The position numbers and the translations under genes were made by a program. DNA of 62,729 nucleotides, filler included, from Callorhinchus milii (taxonomy: Eukaryota), in the NCBI RefSeq assembly GCF_018977255.1. It is 4 parts of 4 records of this genome, joined end to end, with 100 filler letters (N's around TTAATTAATTAA, not from the genome) between each part and the next. Parts side by side here need not be neighbours in the genome. Positions count along the whole stretch, not along the records: positions 42,030 to 57,960 come from NW_024706061.1; positions 58,061 to 62,729 come from NW_024704747.1; 2 more parts are not named here. One strand, given 5' to 3'. Below the pieces are notes generated by a model. The model worked only from the letters and a program-made list of their open reading frames with translations. It did no database searches and was not told the DNA's origin. Numbering within the stretch: position 1 is the stretch's first letter; each line of letters begins with the position of its first letter. Shown here in pieces: positions 49,055 to 59,884 of the stretch.

Positions 49055-51100
49055 GTGTCTCTCAATACCATCTTGCTTGTCCTTTTGTGCACCCACCTTC
49101 TTGCCATTGCATTGTCAGTTTTCAACAATTAAATCAAATAAAGATCATTGTTTTATTGATGTATCAGGTACTTCGGATTGAATTAAAATTAATTACACAG
49201 ATATTTTCCAGCGTGAGGACTGATCCATTTTTTTTGGAAGCAATGCCAATATCAAGTTATTACCGCAGTCATTTTGGTGGTTACAATTAAGCGTGATGAT
49301 ATGTTTCCACATGTGTCATACACCGGGCTGACCACCACCCCACCCCAGACCCCTACGACTCCACCACCCACACACAACCCCCGAAAATATAAGTTGACAA
49401 TAAAGTCCCACTAATTCAACATCACTGGTTATAATCCAATCTCAAAACGAATTTTATTTGCAGTTTGTTTTATAATTGCACAGCACAGCTACACCTTTTC
49501 CCTTGCAGGATATTTTCTCTATCACTGAAAAGCATCGCATTCTACACGAAACAACATCTCAGATGTAAACTATGGCCTTTTTTGGTAAATTACCTATAAC
49601 AATGATACTTGTTCCACAGAAAAGATTTGGATAAGGTTACATATTCACTTGAACACTCGCTTAGCCACGCTTCTACATTGTAAATAAATACACTCATTCA
49701 CAATCTGCACACACGCTCAATCCACCCAAGTCCACATTTGCACTCATACACACAGACATTCGCACACTCATTCACTACCATGTCTACCCAGGCCCACACA
49801 AACTCACACACAACACTTCCACCCAGTCCCCACGCACTTAACTACATTCACACCAACCCAGGCCCTCACACACTTGATGGCCCTCAGGGATGAACCCTGT
49901 TCACTTATACCTCAATCTGTTTAGTTGATTTACACAAATGTTTTTGCTGGTTGTTCTATTGCTTTACAACAATATCAGCCATTTCGAAATAGAAATGGTG
50001 CCATTTATAAAAACGTTGATGATGAAAGAGTAGGGGACGCTGACAAATTCAGGAATAACCTGGGGAATTGCGTAATGTAACAGACATTTTAACTGAGTTT
50101 CCAGAGAGGTGGAAATGTAGTTCAATGTTGAGACACCAGTTTGTTGAAGTGTATTTATAGTAAAATAATCACTGCAGGAATAGCAGCAAAATAATTCTGT
50201 TATAAGTGGAATGGCAAAAAACTTGGAAACACGTCGATTGGAAAACGTATCGGAAGATCACTGAAACAGATTCTGTGATTTTCGCAAAGTTAATCGACTG
50301 TCAATGACATTTCAAGTTAACGGGATTGTGAGTGGATCACTACATGTGGTTCTGGACAATTTATCACACAAAGGACATAAGAGCTGCTGAGAGGGTTTTG
50401 GGCAGTTACACAAAGACCATGAAAATAATGCCTGTGATTGGCGCTGCAGCGAACAGCTACAAATATTGTTGCTGTACTTCTAAAAACACAAAGTAAAAGA
50501 AAAATTGAAGAGAGTCGTACCAAAGCATTTAAATCCATGAAGTCTTCAAAGACTGAAGCAACGAAAGAGGATTGTATCCATACAAACGGGATAAAACATG
50601 CAGGAAAGCCACTGTAACATATGAAGGATTAGTCAGTTCCTAAATTCAGATTTTTTAGAATATATTATGCTTTATCTCTAAACCATTATGTGAAGAAATT
50701 TAAAATGGAATTTGGACAGTCACTGTGTGAACGTACAATATAGGCAGAAAGGAGGAATTGGATGATTGGGGACGATATGTCCATTTTCTAACAGCGGAAT
50801 CTCAATGGTAGTATTTCCATCCTTCTGTTATTCCACGAATTTTAATTTCCCAAAATGTTCCCCCAGTTCTTTTTTGGATTCATTAGTTGTGAGCAAGAAA
50901 AAATAAAACCAAGATTCCTTTACTTCTGTTAAAACTAAACATTTAGAAAGAATTGATCGAAGGGAACGTGCAGTTTATTAAAGTGAGGGAGCCCGTGATC
51001 AACTGGGAAAATGCATAAAATTAACAAAAATTCGTTGAAAGCAGAAAGGCCTCAGGTTTGAATCCCATCTAAAGATATTTCCTTTTTTTTATCCTAACAG

Positions 51101-51231
51101 ATTTCCCAAACGAGATGATGCTGAAAGGTTTTCAAGAAGTACCAAGTGACAACCTGTGGCCTACTGCTTCCACCTTCATCATCCTCTTCTTCCTGAGTAT
51201 TATGTACAGCGCAGCCGTCACTCTAATTAAG
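51101..51231 (+). CDS. IGHM: IgM TM1 exon (cluster E), intact
   Basis: [44 protein letters not shown]|gt; phase matches the Cmu4 internal donor. Confidence 0.88.
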
Positions 51232-51795
51232 GTGATGAGAATAAATTATTTGACGCCATGATATGATGTAGCAGCTGATGTTGAATATTTGTTCCATAGG
51301 AACCCTCATTGTCATTCTCATTGCCACCACTTTGCTGAGAACTTTCCCTCTCTTTTTAGGCCAAGTTCCTTGTTACTGGGCTGTGTGAAGGTGATGAGAA
51401 TATCCTCTCCATTACAAACCCTATCGCACCTGAGATATGCTCACCTGGTATAGACTAGGCAAGGGCTAATGGTTCTTTACAGATTATGTACCTCTGTCTG
51501 TACATTGTGGACAATTTAAAGCATCATGAAATCGTTCTGTCTGCCACAGTTCCCAGCAAGCAACTAAAAATTAAAAGACAATCAGTTGGATTCGTGTATG
51601 TGTGACTGTGTGTGTGTGTGTTTGTTTATTTGTATTTGTTTTTGTGTATTTATTCTTGTTAGTGTGTTAGTGTCTGTGTTGATATATATATAAATATATA
51701 TATATATATACATATAGAACATTAAACATATGCCTGAACATGAATTCTCTATCTCGGCTGAAATCATTCATTATATATTTGCTTTTATTTTCCAG

Positions 51796-51804
51796 ATAAA
51801 TTGA
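51796..51804 (+). CDS. IGHM: IgM TM2 exon (IN*), cluster E; polyA signal at 52189-52194
   Basis: ttttattttccag|ATA AAT TGA at the position homologous to VK*/IK*. Confidence 0.72.
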   Translation: MN

Positions 51805-54800
51805 GTTTCTTCAGATCATATTCATCGATGTGTCTCGTCCGTCTGTGTTTAACAACGGTGTCTTGAGACTGATTATGTGCTGTCTTTTTTCCCCCATTAT
51901 AGAAATCAGCTGAAAATAAACAATGTGTTGTGCAACTATGTGAATTTTAGTACCTTTTCTTATCTTTAGTTTATTTTACAATATGCCTTTTGGAAACAAT
52001 AACTAATAATGTTACCATCACGGCTCTCTGATAGTCTTCATTTGCTGTTTAATTTTTTTGTGATGTAACGATACCGAAAGACAGTGACTGAGGTATCTAT
52101 GCTTTGATATTAATTTGATGCTCTATATATGTATTCACTCCTGTTTCTTAATGTCTGCAGATTCTCTATATTGTTACCGTGATATATCAATAAAGATGTG
52201 ACGGCTGATTGAGCTGTTTGATATTTTTATTTCCTGTTCCTTTTGTGTCAATTTTGCCTTTGCTCCTGATTTCCAAATTCGACAGATTCCAGTAAGTCAG
52301 CATTAAACAAAAGCTGTTAAATGTAATGTCCTACTTCAGATATAGCTTTGCTATAAAATTGTTCCACTTGAGTTATTCTTTGCTCCAGTGACCAGCAGCT
52401 GCTTCCGTCCCCAATGATCTGCCCCACACCCAGATACAGCTTCAGACACGTGGCTATTCTAATAGAATAACATGCATTTATGTGTTAGAGTATTTATGGA
52501 ACAATGCGCGTGTTCAATCTGTTTTATGCATTGACATAGTTTTATCTCCTGCCTCTGCTGAGCTGCACAATTTGAACCGAGCAGCTTCATGGGAAAAAAA
52601 TAAGTTGACAGATCAATAACAAAATACTCACAATTGCACAGTAAGGAGGAAATTCCCTGCACAAAAGTACATTTGTTCTGACCATTCTGTGACAACTTCT
52701 GCCGTTTGTTTCATCTACATTAGTATTCACGTATCTTACATGTAAATAATTTTCCAGCTCTATCAAAACATACATCATTTTTTTTGTACCATGTGCTGTT
52801 TTGACCTCTCGTCATCCAACCTCTGCATTTCCAGCCAACCCTATTAATGATTTGGGGATTAACCGTGCAGAAATGTGGTGCAATATTGACCTTGATTATC
52901 CTGCTAACTAAAAAGCACATTCCTTACTGTATCCTGTGTTCACTACGTTTAACATCCTCAGTTATATCTGCTTTCAACCTGATCTGATCCAATCCAACAG
53001 CTTAGTTGGAACATAAGAATGGTGTTACAATATAAGACCAGAGCCCGTCCAGTTCACCTTCCACTATCCTCATAGTGAAATTCACTTGTCATGGCCCCAA
53101 ATCTTTACCGTCCCCCAAGTTATAATTTCCTGAATTAGGTCTATCCCACATGCTTTTGAAATCATCTACAATTTCTGCGTTCACCGTCTCCAGAGCAATC
53201 CTGTTCTATACATTTACTGTCCTCCAAGATTATTTCCTGAAACAAATCTATCTTGTTTGCTTTTGAAAGAATCAAACCTTTCTGCTTTCACCGTCTCCGG
53301 AAGAATCCTGTTCCATACATTTATTGCTCACTCACTGAAATAGTGTGTACAGAGCTTTGCTTTGACGTTTAATTGCAGGAAATGTCCTCTGTTTTGACCA
53401 AAACACTGTAGGCCTCTTACCATTACCGTACTTGTGAATGATCCCTGTAGGTAAGGAATCACACTTGTATAAATCTTGACACTTTTATGCAGAATTTTTT
53501 GTATCCAGCAATTGGAAGTTGTTAATTACTGCCAAAATAAAGTCAGTATTGTGTTTGTACTGATTTCAAAGACTTGCCAAATTCTGCAAATTTCAAAATG
53601 TTACATGAATAAAGTATATTTAGACTCTGGTGGAATTCAGCCCATGAACACTTTCCATATCAAGTAGAATCGTCCTGTCCAAAACAATCCTTCATTTACT
53701 TCACAATTTTTCCATTCAGCTATCAATCCAAGGATGTTTGCGTCTTGCAATGGAAATATAGGAAGGAAATTATTCTGCAACAAGAGAAGGATGTTCATTT
53801 CTATAATCTTAAAGCAGCACAGACCATGCCATGCTATGGCCTGAGAAAGCAAATAGGATGTTGTGCAACATGCTTAACCAGTTGAGGCTCAAATCCTCGG
53901 AAAACGTCATGAAGCTGCACAGACATTGTTCAGACTGATTGTCCAAATGAAAGAGCCTGGACAAGATACTGCACAGAGAACAGCGAGGCTTATTTCCTCA
54001 GTGAGGTTGATGTTCTATGAGGAACAATTAATAAACTGGAGCGTATATTCATATGAAATTGTAATATATGATGATGTATGTATGTGAGTGTGTGTGTTTG
54101 TGTCCAAGAGAGAGAGGTAGAGAAAAAGAGAAATAGGGGGAGAGAGTGAAGGGAGAGAGAAATAAAGAGAGAAAGGGATAGAGAGGGAAGGAGGCTGGTT
54201 GGGGAATAATTTGCACTAAACAAAGCTGCAGGAATCAGGACTCTATTTAGGGGACAGTTTAATAGCAATATTTTTTTCAGGAAACAAGCAACATTGGAAA
54301 CTCTTGTTGCAGGAATGGAATTTATCTGCAAGTGCATGTAATGTCTGGCCAGTTTCCTATGTCCTGACCAATTAGAATTATCCTGTCAGTTATTGCTTTG
54401 GCCTACAGTGTTAGCATGACCCAAATTAAACACATTTCAAATGCCACCTTAAACAGTTTGCCACTCTGGTCCTTCGAATGAGGCAGTCAGGTTGACTGGT
54501 TTGTCAACAACACGGCGTGAAATATTAAGGACTCACTTGGCTCAGGAACACAATGATCGAGATCACTACAAAGGCTTTGTTCAATTCCCATATTTTATGC
54601 CAAGTGTCCCACCCTGGAATCAGTTAAGCTCCAGTGAGACCCGTTTCCTCCTCTCACCCCTTCCCCTCCGCACCGCACACCACTTCTGGCCACAATAACC
54701 AAAGGCAGAATAGAATACAACGAATATATCCACAATGTATAAACTTGAGTAAAATCAAATTTAACAATCGCTCAGGTTTGGAGGTAACTAACTTTAATGA

Positions 54801-56274
54801 ACACTTTACTGAATCCATCAAGCAACATTTGAAGAAAAACATGACATTGGTCACGTGATGTTCTGAGAGTGAATCAGTTTCTTATCTGCAGGAAACACCT
54901 GCACTTTCTCAAACTAAATTAGAGCAGCTTCATCTCAATATAAACCTAACCTTAAACCAGCTGCCAGAAACTAGTTAAAAATATTACAAAAAACAACACA
55001 GTGTCTTTTCCATACACGCCTCATGCCAGTGGAAATCAAATAATTCTATCAGAAATTGTTCTGCAGGGGATATAAAGCTGTTGAACTTTATTTGTATCTG
55101 TTGGAGAATACTTCACAAGACAGCTTTAATATTGTCTGGCAGCAAATTAATGACAAATGCGTATCTTACAAAGCTTAACATCTTCCAGAAAGTGAATGTT
55201 TGGAAAGACATTCCTTGATTATTTAATGTTTATATAATTATAACCTCTCCACGCAAACTTTATATTTCAGAAGGAAAAAAAAGTTCGAAACCTACTGTTG
55301 ACTAGCGTACAATAATTCGCACCACAAAGAATAACAATATACAGAAGGTATTATGGCAGCATTAATTATCGAAAATTAATAGCTAAACAAGGAACGTGTG
55401 TGAACGTGTTAGTTTCTTTCAGTGAGTGAAACAGAAACGCTCCAATGATCTTTGGACATGTGTTTTAGGGAATATTATTTTGAAATCAATAGTATATAGG
55501 AAATATTGTAACTTTCATGTCTTAGGAAGTTGACGTAAGATGTTTTTTATTCTGTCTGTCCGAATGCTGATGTTAACCTGCAGTGTGTCCATTAATTAGG
55601 ATCATTTCGCTCAATCCCCACCTTGAGACTTTGAACGCAGAGTGTACCATTAAACATATGCAGTAACCTGGCTCTGTTGTCTGCACTCTGGCCTGTCAGT
55701 CAGAAGGCCGTGGGTTCAAGCCCCATGTCTGCATGTGAAACTGATGAATTCCAGGCCGACACTGTAATACAGTGCAGGGGGTGAACTACATTGTTGGAGA
55801 TTTTCTCTCACTTCTTATTTACTTTATAGATGTCCCATACCCCTGTTTTCATAAAGAGAGAATAGCTCAAACTAATCGGACAAAAATCACCACTGTACAC
55901 GTTAACATTAAATTACTAATAAAAATAATCCTTGCATTCGATACAACGTGTTAAATTCGTCTGTAAGTGCTTCAGACAATATAATGTGAAGTAAATTGAC
56001 TTTTGAATTTGTGGGAGAATGTGGCGGTCAATTGCACCCAGCAATGTTCCACCAAAAGACAAGCAGTGGAATGACCAATTTCTTCTTATTAATATTACTT
56101 TATATTGCACCATAATAATATCAGCATTTCAGACGCCGTTTTTTCGTGCTTTTGAGCATTCTCAGAGTAGGATTGTGGCCAGGACAAGGGAGAACCTCCC
56201 GTTTTAGTTCACATAGTGCCCTGAATTCTTTAACCTCCATTTACACAGACAGACAAACCTCGGTTTAATATCCC

Positions 56275-56915
56275 ACCGGAAAGATTGCAGCCTCACTATG
56301 CGGCACCACCCGAGCACTGTGTTGCATTATCAGCCGGGACTACATGAGATCAAAATGTCAATGTTGACACACAATCTCTTGTCAGAGGCGAAACTATTGC
56401 CATGTGAAACAGACTGATAAACATTTCGTGGCTGCGTTTCATTCACCTGCATCATGCAGTCACTAAACTCTGCAGTAAATCATTTTAAGCGATTAAGATA
56501 TCTTCAAGCCAGGAAATACGCTGTATAAAATGTAAAAATTATTATACTCGATTTGGCGACGCTGTGTATTAAATAATATATATAATAATAATAATTATTA
56601 TTATTACCGGAAAGATTGCAGCCTCACTATGCGGCACCACCCGAGCACTGTGTTGCATTATCAGCCGGGACTTCATGAGTCAAAATGTCAATGTGGACAC
56701 ACAATCTCTTGTCAGAGGCGAAACTATTGCCATGTGAAACAGACTGATAAACATTTCATGGCTGCGTTTCATTCACCTGCATCATACAGTCACTAAACTC
56801 TGCAGTAAATCATTTTAAGCGATTAAGATATCTTCAAGCCAGAAAATACGCTGTATAAAATGTAAAGATCACTATACACGATATGGCGAAGCTGTGTATT
56901 AAATAATATATACAG
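56275..56915. repeat. Recent 331-bp tandem duplication
   Basis: accggaaagattgcagcctcac starts at 56275 and 56606; very few differences. Confidence 0.9.
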
Positions 56916-57639
56916 TAATAATAATCCTTTCGTATAGCGCTTTTCACGTCATCTCGACGTCTCAAATAGTCTGTGAAGTGAATTGACAGGATACTAGAGG
57001 GCGAAATGCGCAGCCAATTGCGCACAGCAGTGTCCAGCAAACAGTCGTGGTTTGAAGAGAACAACTATATCTTGTTTTATTTTGCAGAGGGAATATTATC
57101 AGGCGTGTGGTGTAAGGAAACTTACCCCCACGACACCCACCCCGCAAAAAGTATTCAAACTGAAACTGAATAACCAACATCAGTTGAAACAACAGTTGAG
57201 AGCAATAATACAGTGTCTATCAGTCCATTGATTATAGAAAATAAGACGTTTGGAGTAAAAAAGTGACAATTTGCTCCATTGAATGTCTGCTGGCTACTTG
57301 AAGGACAATCCTTTTCAGCCAATATACTTGCCCTACATTTGATGCCCTTTCAGATATGTCTCTGGATATCTTGTGAAAATGTATATGGTTGTGTCACAAA
57401 CATTACTCCTGTCAGGCATTCCACAGCGAAATATCTAAGTTAAGGCCTTTAGTCAATGATTTGAACGATCGTGAAAATAGTTTATCTATATTAAAAACTC
57501 TCGATCTCTATCAAGCTGCCCGCCCACGTCATACGCCCCCCACCCAACCACCCGCCCACCAATAATTCAGACGATTTTTACAAGACCATACCTTATTCTT
57601 TACTTATCAGATATCCCGTCACTCCCAGATTATCTGTTT

Positions 57640-57940
57640 ATTATTTGTAGAGCGCTCACTTCTCAAGGAAGCCTTGTGGGTTCGATTCCCGGCAGGGCGA
57701 AACTTTGGACAAGTTTCCCGACTCCACGAATCTAACATTAATCCCTCAAGAGAAAAGTAAGAATAATAAATAGGTCATTTCAAACGAGAACTGTGTTTGA
57801 CACACTGCAATAGACTGCCTCCATTTGCCCACAAACGTACAGCTTAATTTATATCGTAGAATACTTTGTGAAGCACTTTGTGACATCCAGAAGATGTGAA
57901 AAGCACCATATAATATACATGGATTATTAATATTAATTAT
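57640..57940 (+). mobile_element. Degraded full-length SINE
   Basis: B box ggttcgattccc, degraded core and tail. Confidence 0.65.
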
Positions 57941-57960
57941 TATTTTAATGTGGAAACGTT

Positions 57961-58060
57961 NNNNNNNNNNNNNNNNNNNNNNNNNNNNNNNNNNNNNNNN
58001 NNNNTTAATTAATTAANNNNNNNNNNNNNNNNNNNNNNNNNNNNNNNNNNNNNNNNNNNN
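57961..58060. other. Assembly gap with artificial linker
   Basis: N44-TTAATTAATTAA-N44. Confidence 0.95.
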
Positions 58061-58107
58061 GCCTCCCACACCTCCCCCCACACCAACCCCTCGGGCTCTG
58101 TATTCAC

Positions 58108-58197
58108 CTTATTATGTAACTCCTGTCTCCTCGTCGCCTGGTCCCGGGTCTCCCGCTCCTCCCCTCCCGGCGCTGCCCGTGTCTCCGCCGCCTCCAT
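58108..58197 (-). CDS. Candidate first coding exon of an unidentified gene (MEAAETRAAPGGEERETRDQATRRQELHNK) in a CpG island
   Basis: gtgATGG start context, 30 codons, AAG|gtgaat donor, CpG-rich surroundings 58100-58690. Confidence 0.4.
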
Positions 58198-58272
58198 CAC
58201 ACCGACCAGTCGCCGCCGGTCCCCATGTGCGTCCAGTGTCGCCCACACGCACAGCGCCCCCAGGCCCCCGGA

Positions 58273-58445
58273 GGGCCGCATTACACCGCCCACAGCAGCT
58301 CCACAGCGCCCCCCAGCGCAGGGCCGCCGCATTACACCGCCCACAGCAGCTCCACAGCGCCCCCCAGCGCAGGGCCGCCGCATTACACCGCCCACAGCAG
58401 CTCCACAGCGCCCCCCAGCGCAGGGCCGCCGCATTACACCGCCCC
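58273..58445. repeat. 51-bp GC-rich tandem repeat, ~3.3 copies
   Basis: gggccgccgcattacaccgcccacagcagctccacagcgccccccagcgca repeated with period 51. Confidence 0.9.
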
Positions 58446-58804
58446 ACACAACGCCACTCAATGCGCTTCGGGGGAATGTCACCCCTCTGCACAGAATAAT
58501 GCAGACAGAGGGCACCGAGTGTTCGACTCACTTCGCTTTGGCCACCGTTGTCCTCAGTTACCCAGTCACCCCCCACCGCGGGGCGGTCCGCGGCTGTATA
58601 TTCCCGCCCCTCACTGTGGAGGAAGATGGCCTCGTTTCTCATCTCCTCATCCACTTCACTTGCGCTCCACAAACTACAGCGTCAAGTGGCGGCACAAATG
58701 GGGGGTGGGGTGGGGTGGGGTGGGGGTGTGATCCTGAGGCCTCCTACTCTTCGTTTTTTTCTATGTTAGATATTTCCAGCCGGAGAACGTGACCACTATC
58801 GTTT

Positions 58805-59590
58805 AACAACAACGAAATGACACTTGTCTGGCGCCTTTCACATCGGGAGGACATCCCAAGGCGCTGGACAAGCTGGACCTGAGCTGGGGGTGGGGGTCGG
58901 GGTCGGGGAGGGTGGAGAGCAGAGGGGGACTGAGACGGGTCTTGGAGGAGGCAGGGGGAGGGGGCGAGGCAGAGGGACCGCGGGATGGCGTTCCAGAGGG
59001 TGGGGGTAGAGGGGCTGAAGGCCCACCCGCCGATGGTGGGGCGGGCGAGGTGGGTGACCCGTGAAGCAGGCTGGAGCCGGCTGAGCCGAGGGAACGGGCC
59101 GGATGGTATGGGGTTAGGAGGTCGCAGAGGTAGGGAGGAGCAAGGCCATGGAGGGAAAGGACACGGGCTGCGGAGTTCTGGATGATCTGCAGCCTATGGA
59201 GGGAGGGGTTGGGGAGGCCGACATGCAGGGAGTTTGCACAGTCGAGCCTGGATGTAATGAATGGCGTATGAGGGTTTTGGTGGCCTGTGGTGTGAGACAG
59301 AGGTGGAACTAGGCGACGTTGCGGAGGTGGGGGAAGGCAGAACGGGTCATGGCGCAGATGTGGGATAGGAAGGACAGTTCAAACAAGACGCCAAGGTTCC
59401 GGACTGGCTCAGTGAGGTGGAGTGTGCATCCTTGGATGGTGATGCTGTCAGCGCCTGAGGCGTCTGCCAGACACTGCCAGACACCGAGGGTGGAGGAAGA
59501 GAGGTGGAGTTGGATGTCACCAAGAGGGAGCATGTAGATGTTGAAGAGGAGGGACCAAGGACAGAGCCCTGAGAAACACCACATGAGACG
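58805..59590 (-). mobile_element. Degraded L2 fragment
   Basis: [36 protein letters not shown]; L2-type 3' end. Confidence 0.7.
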
Positions 59591-59609
59591 GCAGCATTAA
59601 GTAGCCATT

Positions 59610-59884
59610 ATTCCAGGCAGAGGGCGAAACCTTGGGCAAGTTTCCTTACTCCACACAGAGCCTAATAATAATCCCTTCAAAAAAAACAAAAAAAAAACAA
59701 TAATAAATTGGTCATTTTCAATCCACGACTGTTTGTGGGACATTGCTGTGCGCAATTGGCTGCCGCGTTCGCCCACAAATATACAGTCAATTCACTTTAC
59801 AGTGTGTTCTGTAAAGCGCTTTGGGACGTCCTCCTGACGTAAAAAGCGCTATATCAAATGCAAGGATTATTATTATTATTATTA
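59610..59884 (+). mobile_element. Young 5'-truncated SINE
   Basis: Near-consensus body and (TAT)n tail. Confidence 0.85.

Noticed and set aside
51232-51261. TM1 read-through tail VMRINYLTP*
   Set aside because: Not conserved in the other two clusters; a normal donor and TM2 exist.
42030-51804. Calling cluster E IgNAR, IgW or NAR-TCR
   Set aside because: V is a close paralogue of a conventional VH with an identical RSS and a full CDR2 region; the C exons, tail and TM are IgM-type; no supporting TCR V follows J.
58009-58792. Long overlapping ORFs (168-186 aa)
   Set aside because: Explained by GC richness and the 51-bp repeat; only the 90-bp candidate exon is retained.
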